From a virus (taxonomy: Duplodnaviria; Caudoviricetes), in IMG/VR virus record IMGVR_UViG_3300031857_001280, positions 1 to 25,001 of that record: 25,001 nucleotides of DNA; one strand, written 5' to 3'. Shown here in pieces: positions 1 through 8,809 of the stretch (positions within the stretch are counted from its first letter, which is position 1; each line of letters starts with the position of its first letter). The notes beneath the pieces were generated by a model that worked only from the letters and a program-made list of their open reading frames with translations, did not search any database and was not told the DNA's origin. The position numbers were made by a program, and so were the translations under genes.

Positions 1-1392
1 CCCCGGCGTCGTGGACTGAAGATACTTCAGCGTGGTACCTGACGTAGCAAATGCACCGACTGTAGACGTTGCGCCGCTTTTAAGTTGCAGCGTGCCGTTG
101 GTCATAGTCAATGTACGAGTAGACCCCAACGTGAGTGCATCCTGCATGGCCCACGTTCCACCAACACCATCAAAAGTAATGTTGGAATCTAATGTCACGC
201 CATTGGTTGTAATTGTCTGTGCATCGGTTGCCGCAAATACCCAAATGTTTGCGCCACTAGATACTGTCATGGTGGAAGATAAGACCAACGAGCCGTAAAG
301 CTGAGGAGCTACGTTGACGGCTGTACTTCCAGAAAACCCGGTAAAGTCAATCGTTCTATACGCACGGTTCGCTGTACCTAAGTTGATTGAATCAGCACCG
401 GCGCTTATAAAAAAATCCACCGCATTTGCCGCAGAACCGCCGCCCGTTGATAATAATCCACCAGTGATTGATCTTGTACCACCAGCAATCGCAGCGCCGG
501 TAATTTCAACCCGCCGCGAACCGGTTAAAGTTAAGTTGGTCGCAGTTGATGTGGTGTAAGCGGTAATGGTGCCTATCCCCGTAAGAACTAATTTGCCCGC
601 CGCCCCAAACGCCAATGCACGAACGTTGGAATTGCTGGAAGAAAAGTTGCCAAACGTGGCGGTATAGCCATTAAAATCTAACGTGCCGTTGGTCAAAGTG
701 CAGGCGCGAGTTGCGCCAGAAGTCAATGCGGCTTGAAGTTGCCAAGTGCCACCTACACCATTGAAAGTGAATGGACGCTCAAATGCCACGCCAGCGGTGT
801 TGATTGTCTTTGTGCCTGATGTGGCGGCAAAAGTAATTGTGCCTGTTCCGGCAGTTTGAGTCATCCCGGTGGACGCTGTTAAATTTCCATAAATAGTTAC
901 GTTGTTTGCACCAAATGCGCCAGCATACCCGGTTGGATTGGTGCCGTCTGTAAAATCCAAATCACGAACAACGTGGCTGGCAGTATTTGTAAATGTTCCA
1001 GTACCAGCAGTAATCCTGAACGAAATACTATTCACCTCAGTAACTATTTGAGGGCTGATTACTCGGCTAGTAGCGCTTGAGTTAGTGCAAATAATCTGTG
1101 GCGTACCTGTCACCGTCATGGTCGTAGCGCCAGTGAAAATTGTGCCTGTGCTGTTTAGCGAAATCGTGTTGGTACCAAAAGCAAGCGCACCTGTGAAGCC
1201 TGTGCAGGTCAGGGTTTGAATGTCTGGGCTGATGTCGAGCGTAACTGTGCCTGCGCCTGAGTTGGCATCAAGCGCAGCAGTGTCGGCAGAACCGGGTACA
1301 GAAGCCCCTGATGCACCGCCAGTTGTAGCCGACCAGTTGGAAGTGTCGTTCCAGTTACCTGTGCCGCCTGCTACCCAAAATCGTGCTGCCAT
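1..1392 (-). CDS. Long Gly/Thr/Ala-rich virion fibre/adhesin-like protein, 3' end outside the window (not in the ORF track)
   Basis: ATG at 1392 preceded by GAGGAG. The frame reads MAARFWVAGGTGNWNDTSNWSATTGGASGASVP... and stays open to the window edge. It contains an internal repeat (TF-N/D-GVGGTW..Q.ALT.G.TR..T.TNGTL) twice. Confidence 0.8.
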   Translation of the reverse strand, partial: MAARFWVAGGTGNWNDTSNWSATTGGASGASVPGSADTAALDANSGAGTVTLDISPDIQTLTCTGFTGALAFGTNTISLNSTGTIFTGATTMTVTGTPQIICTNSSATSRVISPQIVTEVNSISFRITAGTGTFTNTASHVVRDLDFTDGTNPTGYAGAFGANNVTIYGNLTASTGMTQTAGTGTITFAATSGTKTINTAGVAFERPFTFNGVGGTWQLQAALTSGATRACTLTNGTLDFNGYTATFGNFSSSNSNVRALAFGAAGKLVLTGIGTITAYTTSTATNLTLTGSRRVEITGAAIAGGTRSITGGLLSTGGGSAANAVDFFISAGADSINLGTANRAYRTIDFTGFSGSTAVNVAPQLYGSLVLSSTMTVSSGANIWVFAATDAQTITTNGVTLDSNITFDGVGGTWAMQDALTLGSTRTLTMTNGTLQLKSGATSTVGAFATSGTTLKYLQSTTPG

Positions 1393-1394
1393 GC

Positions 1395-1586
1395 TTACTC
1401 CTCAGCAGGTGTGTCTACAACAGGCTCGCCTACATCGTCCGATACAGGCGGATTATCAACAAAGTCGCGCCACTTGTCGTACCGAGTCTGCTGCAACGCC
1501 TTAATCTCGGCGTCGGTCAGACCGTGGTCGTCTGCAAGATGCAGCGCATCGCGGAAGCCGTTTATTTCAAAGTCGATTTTGATCAC
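1395..1586 (-). CDS. Small hypothetical protein between fibre genes (possible fibre chaperone/accessory)
   Basis: 63-aa ORF packed tightly between the tailspike and fibre genes on the same strand; acidic tail. Confidence 0.7.
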   Translation of the reverse strand: MIKIDFEINGFRDALHLADDHGLTDAEIKALQQTRYDKWRDFVDNPPVSDDVGEPVVDTPAEE

Positions 1587-1595
1587 GTCAGTTCC

Positions 1596-3386
1596 CTAGA
1601 CATTGGTGACACGAAATGCTTCTTCCCAGCGCGACAAATCTGTATTCCAGATAAGTTGCAGCATGGAACGGTTGACCGCCAGCGTGAAGTTGACTCCACC
1701 CGCCAGCGAGATATTACCTACGAGATGCCTCACTGTAACGTCGCGAGAGCCGTTGTTTGTGCGGACGATAATCCTCTGGCCTTCTTGCTGATAGTGGGTC
1801 GTGATTGTATCCAAATCGTCAGTCGCTGCGCCCCCCTCGGTGTCGACAATCACGGTCTGCTCCGCGAGCGCATTTTCGAGGGCGATGACCCCACTCGCAA
1901 TGGTGAAGTTATCCCAGTATGGATAGTTATCATACGTAAAGCTGTTGTTGTCGCTTGGAGTTGCGAAGTCAGCCATGCGGGACACTCCGAATGTTGCCCG
2001 GAGTCTAGGGTTTAAAGCACGGGATAACCGCACATTGTTGTACTGGCACGTGTCATTGAATACAACAACAGGTGCGCTATCCATAGCGGTGTCTAATACC
2101 GCAATATGGACATTGTTATCGTTTGATCCGTCGTCAAAGTAGACCGCACGTTTTGATGCGGCAACATTTTTTATGTTGACGTTTATAATTGAGTTCCCGA
2201 TAGAATTAGCAGTAATACGGATTATGTCTGTATTACTTGTAACCGGGTGGTCTGTATAGAAATTAGTGACTGTGTTGTGTACCGATCCGTTGCCCATCCG
2301 CAGTGGATTGTCGCAGTTGATAGACCGAATATTGGTAGCTGTAATAAACGACGGGCCGGGTAAAAGTCCTGCGTTATCCCCAGCTAATCCAAATGCAGTC
2401 CGAGAGTCTTCCCCGATAATGTCAGTCGCAGTCCCCCAGCGGCAGTTGTTCTTAAACTGCACTGCAAGCCCCGGCCCATCATCGTCGCCACGATCAATGA
2501 CGCCTTTTGCGTGTACCCGCAGATACGAGCAGTAATCCATGTTTGAGAACAGAAAACCATTACCACCAACGCCAAGACCATCACAGGAGCAATCAACGAT
2601 GGTGTTGCTACCGTAAATCCCAAGCATGTCAGGGTCGTATATCAACGCTGCGGCGTTGTAAAAATCAGTGACGTGGATGTCCCGAAGTATTACGTTGCTA
2701 CGCTGCTTGATCGCAAAACCATGATTTGCACTAGGATGCAAATACACACTGTGTTGCATATTTAGGGTAAACCCTTGGATGGTGTATCCGATTGTGCCGG
2801 GGCCAGCGTCGTTGAACATGGTTCCATTACCGTCAAGATGTTTAAACGTGACACGTTCCTTGCCGCCCCCGACAACAGAGTAGTACTTCGTGTTGCCGTC
2901 TAGTCGAAGGCTTTTACACAGATACACGCCGTCAGGGAACACCAATGTGCCGCCGTTGACTTTGACAAAATCTAGCCCTGCGTTGATGGCGTCGCTGTCA
3001 TTGACGATGCCATTGCCTATAGCCCCGAAGTCTTTGACGCTGTACAAGGAGAAGTTGTCGGGGAAGATCGCCCCTGCTGCACTGGAAACGTAGTCCTCGA
3101 TGGCAGCGACGTTGACGCGCATCTCGATGCGTGACCCCGCTGCGAACGACTGCGCCGTAGTGCCGTCTTGCCCACGGGCAATGGTCATCGTATCACTCAC
3201 CCGCGCGGAAACTCTGACAACCTCTTGGGTACCACCAGTGCTGATCAGCGTGGCGTAAAAGTAGTCACCCACCGCGAGCGTAGGGAAAAGCGCTCCTGTA
3301 CCCGAAGCAACCACTATCCCCACATCAGACGCGCTGATCGTGGTAGTTATTGTGCTTGCGGCATTGTTTTTTAGTTTGACTGTCAT
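1596..3386 (-). CDS. Tailspike / depolymerase with pectate-lyase-like right-handed beta-helix
   Basis: Start reassigned to MTVKLKNN (AAGGA upstream). N-terminal anchor domain, then SVKDFGAIGNGIVNDSDAINAG...GGTLVFPDGVY, the typical entry to a pectate_lyase_3-type beta-helix. Asn/Ile-rich coils; C-terminal DTEGGAATDDLDTI module. Confidence 0.85.
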   Translation of the reverse strand: MTVKLKNNAASTITTTISASDVGIVVASGTGALFPTLAVGDYFYATLISTGGTQEVVRVSARVSDTMTIARGQDGTTAQSFAAGSRIEMRVNVAAIEDYVSSAAGAIFPDNFSLYSVKDFGAIGNGIVNDSDAINAGLDFVKVNGGTLVFPDGVYLCKSLRLDGNTKYYSVVGGGKERVTFKHLDGNGTMFNDAGPGTIGYTIQGFTLNMQHSVYLHPSANHGFAIKQRSNVILRDIHVTDFYNAAALIYDPDMLGIYGSNTIVDCSCDGLGVGGNGFLFSNMDYCSYLRVHAKGVIDRGDDDGPGLAVQFKNNCRWGTATDIIGEDSRTAFGLAGDNAGLLPGPSFITATNIRSINCDNPLRMGNGSVHNTVTNFYTDHPVTSNTDIIRITANSIGNSIINVNIKNVAASKRAVYFDDGSNDNNVHIAVLDTAMDSAPVVVFNDTCQYNNVRLSRALNPRLRATFGVSRMADFATPSDNNSFTYDNYPYWDNFTIASGVIALENALAEQTVIVDTEGGAATDDLDTITTHYQQEGQRIIVRTNNGSRDVTVRHLVGNISLAGGVNFTLAVNRSMLQLIWNTDLSRWEEAFRVTNV

Positions 3387-3396
3387 TGTCGTATCC

Positions 3397-3717
3397 TTAC
3401 AACAGTAGGTAGTCGCCAGCGGCAATAATCACATTTTCGACAGTCAGGCGAAGTTCTGCGCGGCTGTTGGCTGGAAACGGAATCGCCAATGTCCCAATCT
3501 GCCCCCGCACAATCGTCATGGTGTCGTCCGTTCTCGCCGTGACTCTAACGATCTCATAGTTGCTGTTGACATCGACTAAGGTAAGATAGAAGTTGTCGCC
3601 AGCAGATAAGATCGGGAATTTCGCGCCGTCTCCTGTAGTTACTACCAGTGTCGTTGCAATGCTGCTTACCCCAGCGGGGATAAGCGAAGATGCGTTGTTT
3701 GTAAGTTGGGCTGCCAT
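3397..3717 (-). CDS. 106-aa stand-alone fibre-anchor domain protein, paralog of the tailspike N-terminus
   Basis: Likely start MAAQLTNN, 1 nt after the upstream stop. Aligns by eye with tailspike residues 1-100 (NNA, G.GA.FP.L..GD.FY.TL, E.VRV.AR..DTMTI.RGQ.GT.A..F.A.SR.E.R). Confidence 0.8.
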   Translation of the reverse strand: MAAQLTNNASSLIPAGVSSIATTLVVTTGDGAKFPILSAGDNFYLTLVDVNSNYEIVRVTARTDDTMTIVRGQIGTLAIPFPANSRAELRLTVENVIIAAGDYLLL

Positions 3718-3718
3718 A

Positions 3719-4495
3719 TCAAGCTCCGAAGGGTTGCATCCGCGCACGCATGGTGCCGCGCATATTACCAAGATTGGCTCGGGCACGTCGTTCAGCAACT
3801 TGGTATGTAAACTGTTTGGCATGGTACGCCGCGAGTTCCCGATCTGACCAATTTGTGTCCGGCAATACCAAAAGATGTTGGAGTGCGCCGTGCATGAGAA
3901 CTTCTTCAAGCTCGTCCATGATGACTTCATCCATCCCTGTGGCTGACCGCTTGGGTTTAAGGGCGACGAACATGCGCATCCGGTACGCTACGGTCGCATC
4001 AGGCAGTGGCAAGATGATGTATTTATCTGGCGTGACTTGGCAGATTGACCGTGGCGTGCTTCCGTCCGCGACAATCGAGTCTGGCAACACGTAGGCACTG
4101 TTCGCGTTGAACTGCGTCTCGTTGAACTCAGGTGCGTTGAACGTCGAGATCGGCGGTGTCAGGCTCCAAACTACTGAGGGGTCTTGCCCACTGTAGAGAT
4201 CGACCCACTTGGGGTACAACTCAAGCGCCTTATCCAAGGTCAGTTTTTCCAACGAGCGGTCGTTGACTATTGCATCGAACAGCGCGTGGACATCCGTGTT
4301 GGCTGGCTTCGAGTAGTTGTACTCGTGAACACCGGGCAACAAGTTGAACAGTGGTACCGCATATCGCCAATACAGCGTGCGTTCGCACGCACGAATCGCA
4401 GCGTCCCGGATGTACTGAACGATGGTAGACTGCGGGCACCCCGGCACACTAGGGTTAATCCGGGGTACAAGGGATGCAAAGGTACGATCAGCCAT
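3719..4495 (-). CDS. Probable head-tail adaptor / tail tubular-type virion protein
   Basis: 258 aa. N-terminal VPGCP...IRDAAI..CERT..WR pattern resembles podoviral adaptors; located downstream of the capsid module. Confidence 0.6.
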   Translation of the reverse strand: MADRTFASLVPRINPSVPGCPQSTIVQYIRDAAIRACERTLYWRYAVPLFNLLPGVHEYNYSKPANTDVHALFDAIVNDRSLEKLTLDKALELYPKWVDLYSGQDPSVVWSLTPPISTFNAPEFNETQFNANSAYVLPDSIVADGSTPRSICQVTPDKYIILPLPDATVAYRMRMFVALKPKRSATGMDEVIMDELEEVLMHGALQHLLVLPDTNWSDRELAAYHAKQFTYQVAERRARANLGNMRGTMRARMQPFGA

Positions 4496-5139
4496 CAGAT
4501 CACCTGTCTCGGGTCAAGCCCGCTTTCCTCTGTGTCAGTGACGGTGCGGGACTGTAGCCCCACTCCCAATGCCTGAACAAAGGCATCTTGGAACAACTTG
4601 GCGCGGTTCGAGTTGACATGCTCATTGTCAATGGACTCAGCCAAGAACACGGTGCCGTCCACAACGACCGGGAAGTAGGCATCCGTGGGGTACGTAATCT
4701 CTTGGTCAATCGTGTAATCTGGTGGCGTCTGCGCGTACTCCCCGACGAGGACAACACCCGACGCAGGTGGAGGAGATACAAAAAATCGGTTGGGATTGCG
4801 CACATGCCGCATGAAGTTCACTGGTGTGCCAGCCGCTTCGCTCACCCACGACGGAGACGTTTGATCAAGCACCCGACGGGTAACTTCAGTAACCGCGCTT
4901 CCACCTTGGACTTGGAAGATTTCGATCAATCGAGTAGAGTCCGCAGGGCAACTCTGTAAGACGGTACCCACAGACATAGGGAATGTCCCTATGACGGCGA
5001 ACAAATCGGGGCGAAGCACCACCATGCGTTTGAGTGTCTGGTTGACAAAGCCAAGCATCACCGCATCGCTGTAGCGGTACGGCGCTTTGGTGTCTTGGAT
5101 CAGACGACGCGCTTCAGTGATGACTTCGTTGGGTGTCAT
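4495..5139 (-). CDS. Probable head-tail connector/adaptor (DUF6682-like)
   Basis: 214 aa. MT..EVI..ARRLIQD....RYSD..ML.FVN.....V.LRPD start typical of phage adaptor proteins; translationally coupled to both neighbours. Confidence 0.6.
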   Translation of the reverse strand: MTPNEVITEARRLIQDTKAPYRYSDAVMLGFVNQTLKRMVVLRPDLFAVIGTFPMSVGTVLQSCPADSTRLIEIFQVQGGSAVTEVTRRVLDQTSPSWVSEAAGTPVNFMRHVRNPNRFFVSPPPASGVVLVGEYAQTPPDYTIDQEITYPTDAYFPVVVDGTVFLAESIDNEHVNSNRAKLFQDAFVQALGVGLQSRTVTDTEESGLDPRQVI

Positions 5140-5423
5140 GCAGGCAATCCTCGTGAGGCTTCCTCAGCCAATTCTGGAGGAGTATACGCTGGAGCCTCTG
5201 GAATGTCAGCAGTTGACAAGTCGAGTGCAGCTTTCTTTTTGCGCCCAGTAACCTTTACCACTTCGGCGGCGTCCTCGATACGCTGCGCAGCGGCAGGCGG
5301 GATGAACCGCTCGGGGTACGCGACTTCTTCGGGCACAACCTCGCACTCAGGGTTTTTCGCCATGATGGGGTTGTAGTCATAAATAAAACCGTCGCGTTTA
5401 ACTCGGATGTACATCTTGCTCAT
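5136..5423 (-). CDS. Hypothetical protein
   Basis: 95-aa ORF with AAGGA RBS and a 4-nt overlap with the next gene. Confidence 0.75.
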   Translation of the reverse strand: MSKMYIRVKRDGFIYDYNPIMAKNPECEVVPEEVAYPERFIPPAAAQRIEDAAEVVKVTGRKKKAALDLSTADIPEAPAYTPPELAEEASRGLPA

Positions 5424-5447
5424 TTAAGTTTTCCTTTTGGTGGTTGA

Positions 5448-5681
5448 CTATCGGTACTTTGCAGTTTTCTTTGCAATAGATTTTGGCTGGGCTACGAATT
5501 GTTTCCCCGCAGCTTTGCCCATGCGTTTTGCACGTGTTGTTGCAGCGTACTCAGCAGGGCTAAGACTTTTAATTGCAGCTTCAGGAAGGTATCGCTCACC
5601 TGTGTCAGAAGATTTTTTACCACTTTTGGTTCTCCATTTTTGATCGCCCCAGTCTTTAAGGCTTTTTTGTGGGGCTTTCAT
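5448..5681 (-). CDS. Small basic protein, DUF5872-like C-terminal half
   Basis: Likely start MKAPQKSLKDWGDQKWRTKSG...GERYLPEAAIKSLSPAEYAATTRAKR; very Lys/Arg rich; 77 aa. Confidence 0.7.
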   Translation of the reverse strand: MKAPQKSLKDWGDQKWRTKSGKKSSDTGERYLPEAAIKSLSPAEYAATTRAKRMGKAAGKQFVAQPKSIAKKTAKYR

Positions 5682-5682
5682 A

Positions 5683-5871
5683 TCAGTCCCTGTACCCGCC
5701 ACCAGCGGCCTTGTACTTCTTGGCAACAAGTTGCGCTTTGCGTGCGCTCCATTGGCCTGCGCCAGTGCCCTGCACCGCAGCAGCTTTGACCTGCGACACA
5801 ATGCGTTTGCGCAACTCAGGCTTCGTGTAGTTGCCAGCGGCGTTGACCGTGGACTTGGGTTTGGTAGCCAT
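5683..5871 (-). CDS. Small basic protein, DUF5872-like N-terminal half
   Basis: 62 aa with the NYTKPELRKRI...GQWSARKAQLVAKKYKAAGGGY motif. Confidence 0.75.
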   Translation of the reverse strand: MATKPKSTVNAAGNYTKPELRKRIVSQVKAAAVQGTGAGQWSARKAQLVAKKYKAAGGGYRD

Positions 5872-5872
5872 G

Positions 5873-6127
5873 TCAGCAGTTCCACGCCCGCAGGCTTTTG
5901 TTGATCCGGCTATTGGGATCGTTGGCTGTCTTCTCGGAGGTGAGTTTCTTTTTCATACCCTCCATCCGAGCGCAGAACGAATCCTTGCGTGGGCCACCTT
6001 GCGGTTGCGGAGCCTTCAGTCCGGGTTTACCCGGATTGGCTTTGTTGTAGGACGCACGCCCCTTGGCGTTCAAACCGCCTTTGGGGTCTTTGCCTTCCTT
6101 GCGCTGCCATGCTGGTGTCTTTGCCAT
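5873..6127 (-). CDS. Small basic protein, DUF6321-like
   Basis: 84 aa with the AWQRKEGK.PKGGLNAKGRASY...R.DSFCARM.GMK...DPNSR.NKSLRAWNC pattern. Confidence 0.75.
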   Translation of the reverse strand: MAKTPAWQRKEGKDPKGGLNAKGRASYNKANPGKPGLKAPQPQGGPRKDSFCARMEGMKKKLTSEKTANDPNSRINKSLRAWNC

Positions 6128-7233
6128 TACGCGATCCTTTCAGCGGAGACGATTGCGGACGGGATTGCCGGGATCGCGGGTGGGCCGGTGACCGCTGCCG
6201 TATGGTCGAGCGTCACAGCAGTGTTGCTCGGAAGCCAATACACTTGGACGTACTGCCCTGCGGTCACAGTCACGTAGAACACGATCTGGAAGAAAGCACT
6301 CCCGCCGTCAGCGGCTTTTGGTATCGACATCTTGGTAGCCGAACGAGTGATGTTCGTACCGTTTAGCGCAAACCAGATAGTCGCCGTGTGGTCAACTGTA
6401 TCTGTATTGGTGAACTGGAGGTTGGGCGTCACAGCATATGTGCCCGCCGCAGCAAACGTCAAGCGCGTGAGGTTGGTGCCGTCTGTCACCATCGTGATAC
6501 CTGCACCAGTGACCTCGGTCGTACCAAACTTCACGGCGGCTGGAACAGTTACGCTGCCCGTCTGGTCGGTGATGTCCGAGAACGCAGCGTAGGCTCGGTT
6601 CGTAATAGTATTGAACGGTACCTTGCCGCTGAGAATGTCAATGTTCGTGACGTTTACCTCACCCGTACCCTTGGGCGTGATGTTGATGTCGATGTTCGTG
6701 TCAGTGCCGTCAGCGGCCAACGTGTTGCCGTTGAGGTTCACCCCGGCTGCTGCTGCGCTGGTTGCAAACGTGCCCGACTCGATGGAGGTGACGCCGGTGA
6801 ACGAACCCGAGAACGATACACCCGAAATCGCACCGCCCGTAATAGACACAGCACTTGCTGCTTGAGTCGCCATACTTGCAAGGCCAAGATTTGCACGTGC
6901 ATCAACCGCAGTAGACGCGCCAGTGCCGCCGTCGGCAATAGCTAGATCGGTAATCCCGGAGATTGCGCCGCCCGTAATAGCAGCTTTGGCGATAGCAACA
7001 GAACCTGTGCCGTTGGGCGCGAGTGTCAGATCGCCGTTGGTATTCGTGGTGCTGATGGTGTTACCATCAAGTTTGATGTTGTCCACGGAAGCGGACTCTG
7101 TACCCACACTTAACGCCGTGGCGACACCTGTCCCGCTGTAGACCGTTTTCTCAGTCGCCGTTGGGCCGTCGTCTACATGCAGTAGTTGATCAAACGTGCT
7201 GGCAATAGTGGTACCAGTTAAGTTGGTTGGCAT
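6127..7233 (-). CDS. Fibre protein with GGTGA..A..AR.NLGL repeat and C1q/BclA-like C-terminal domain
   Basis: 368 aa, Thr/Gly/Ala rich. Contains LAIADGGTGASTAVDARANLGL and two PNGTG/PKGTG motifs; beta-rich C-terminus (AAAGTYAV...VTAGQYVQVYW). Confidence 0.7.
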   Translation of the reverse strand: MPTNLTGTTIASTFDQLLHVDDGPTATEKTVYSGTGVATALSVGTESASVDNIKLDGNTISTTNTNGDLTLAPNGTGSVAIAKAAITGGAISGITDLAIADGGTGASTAVDARANLGLASMATQAASAVSITGGAISGVSFSGSFTGVTSIESGTFATSAAAAGVNLNGNTLAADGTDTNIDINITPKGTGEVNVTNIDILSGKVPFNTITNRAYAAFSDITDQTGSVTVPAAVKFGTTEVTGAGITMVTDGTNLTRLTFAAAGTYAVTPNLQFTNTDTVDHTATIWFALNGTNITRSATKMSIPKAADGGSAFFQIVFYVTVTAGQYVQVYWLPSNTAVTLDHTAAVTGPPAIPAIPSAIVSAERIA

Positions 7234-7242
7234 GGGAAATCC

Positions 7243-7920
7243 TTATGCTGGCGTGACAGAGGCAGAACCATCCGCAACATACCACGGGGAGGCAGCAGTA
7301 GCCCCGCTTGCCACCATGAGGCGGTTGTTGGTCGTGTCAAATACAACTTTACCAGCAACCTTGTTGGTTGTGTTGATAGTATTGGCGATAGCTGCGATTG
7401 ACGCTGCGGTCACGGACTGCAATACAAGCCCGCTGGTCAACGTCTGTTGTGCAGTGAATGTTTGCGCCGTAGCGAGTACCGCAGACGTACCAGCCGTCAG
7501 CGTAACGTCCCCGTTGGGTAGCGTGATCGTCCGGTTGGCAGACAACGTGGTCGGGGTCAGGGTTACCGCATAACTCCCAGTGCCGCCCGCTCGACCAGCT
7601 AGGACTACTGCGTCCTGTGTCGCGGCGACTTCTGAACGGACAGCGTTTGCTATACGAAAAGTTTTTGCCCCAGTAAACGTCTGTGTCCCAGCAAGTTTAG
7701 CAGTCTCAGTGTCTAACTCTGCGATAGCCGTAGGGATTGTTGTTGCCGCAATGCTGCCCGAAGGGGTATACGGCAAATCGCCTACCAAGCCTGCTGCAAG
7801 TTGGGAGCGCAAGATGCGTTTAGTCACGTTCTCACTGGTGTCAAAGATGACGAGGTTGTCGTCATTGGCAGTGTTTGCACCAGTGATGACGGTGAGTGCC
7901 GGTATCCGTTTTGCGGTCAT
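7243..7920 (-). CDS. Head fibre / decoration-like virion protein
   Basis: 225 aa with AGGAG RBS and fibre-type GTQTFTGAKTF repeats; last ~60 aa paralogous to the 102-aa neighbour. Confidence 0.65.
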   Translation of the reverse strand: MTAKRIPALTVITGANTANDDNLVIFDTSENVTKRILRSQLAAGLVGDLPYTPSGSIAATTIPTAIAELDTETAKLAGTQTFTGAKTFRIANAVRSEVAATQDAVVLAGRAGGTGSYAVTLTPTTLSANRTITLPNGDVTLTAGTSAVLATAQTFTAQQTLTSGLVLQSVTAASIAAIANTINTTNKVAGKVVFDTTNNRLMVASGATAASPWYVADGSASVTPA

Positions 7921-7935
7921 TCGTCTCTCCTATCA

Positions 7936-7960
7936 GACAGGGGGCACTAGGCCCCCTATC
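7936..7960 (-). other. Intergenic GC-rich hairpin without U-tract
   Basis: Minus strand GATAGGGGGC-CTAGT-GCCCCCTGTC, between a stop codon and the next RBS. Confidence 0.6.
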
Positions 7961-7968
7961 AGTTTACA

Positions 7969-8277
7969 TCACGCCGGAGTAACTGCGTTGGAACCGTCGG
8001 CTCGAACCCAAGTCGAGTTAGCGTTGGCACCCGTTGCAACCATCAAGCGGCTGTTGGTCGTGTCGAACACGATAGTTCCAGCGGCTTTACCCGCCGTGTT
8101 GACAGAATCGCCGATAGCGCCGATCTGCGTAGCAGTTGCGGTGCGAAGCTGGATATACCCAGCCGTCGCGTCTACGTTACCAGTGAGAGTACCAGTTGCA
8201 CCAGACAATGCGACGTTGTACAGCGTACCGCCGTTGATCGTTACATTGTCTTGCGTAATACCACGATAAACACCCAT
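7969..8277 (-). CDS. Small head fibre / decoration-like protein
   Basis: 102 aa with AAGGAG RBS; C-terminus VNTAGKAAGTIVFDTTNSRLMVATGA...W..ADGS..VTPA. Confidence 0.7.
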   Translation of the reverse strand: MGVYRGITQDNVTINGGTLYNVALSGATGTLTGNVDATAGYIQLRTATATQIGAIGDSVNTAGKAAGTIVFDTTNSRLMVATGANANSTWVRADGSNAVTPA

Positions 8278-8298
8278 GATGTTCTCCTTTTAGAAGCA

Positions 8299-8312
8299 GG
8301 GGCCGAAGCCCC
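8299..8312 (-). other. Intergenic UUCG-tetraloop hairpin (copy 2)
   Basis: GGGGC-TTCG-GCCCC on the minus strand, identical to 8810-8823; no U-tract. Confidence 0.7.
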
Positions 8313-8320
8313 CACGAGGT

Positions 8321-8779
8321 TTAGGCGGCGTTGGTAGACGACACGTTCGCAACGATGGCAAACACATTCACCACGCCGTTCGTACCAACTGCGGTATTGA
8401 ACAGGAGGTCAATGGTGTCAGCCGAGGCAAACACGGTCGGGTTCGCCAAGTTGGTAATGCCGTAAGCCAGTGCGTTGTTTGCCAAAGCGTTGGTGTACGC
8501 CGTGGTCGCGCCACCGTAACCAAGGCTGTAGGTACCAGTGGTATTGGTCGTTTCAGCTTCGATAACTTGGCATCCTGCGGACAGGACAACAGAGCCAGCG
8601 GGCAATGGAATCACTTCCAACACATCAGTAGCAGCCAATGCGGTAGCACCAGCAGCAGTACGTGCAGCAATGATTGCAGCCAGATCAACCTTCACCTCGA
8701 ATTTCGAGATTTCGGTCACGTTAGCGGGGAAAGAGGCGGTGCCTTTATTGAACCCCAGAGAATCGGTATAAGTAGCCAT
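8321..8779 (-). CDS. Probable capsid decoration/cement protein
   Basis: 152 aa, directly downstream of the major capsid gene. Ala/Thr-rich and beta-type (DVLEVIPLPAGSVVLSAG..V.EA), like podoviral spike-base/cement proteins. Confidence 0.6.
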   Translation of the reverse strand: MATYTDSLGFNKGTASFPANVTEISKFEVKVDLAAIIAARTAAGATALAATDVLEVIPLPAGSVVLSAGCQVIEAETTNTTGTYSLGYGGATTAYTNALANNALAYGITNLANPTVFASADTIDLLFNTAVGTNGVVNVFAIVANVSSTNAA

Positions 8780-8809
8780 TTCAATTTCCTTTCAGTGTTT
8801 AGGGAGGAA

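Noticed and set aside
7251-7259. GCGTGACAG match to the repeat loop
   Set aside because: No closing stem; it is the antisense of the SVTPA codons of a minus-strand gene.
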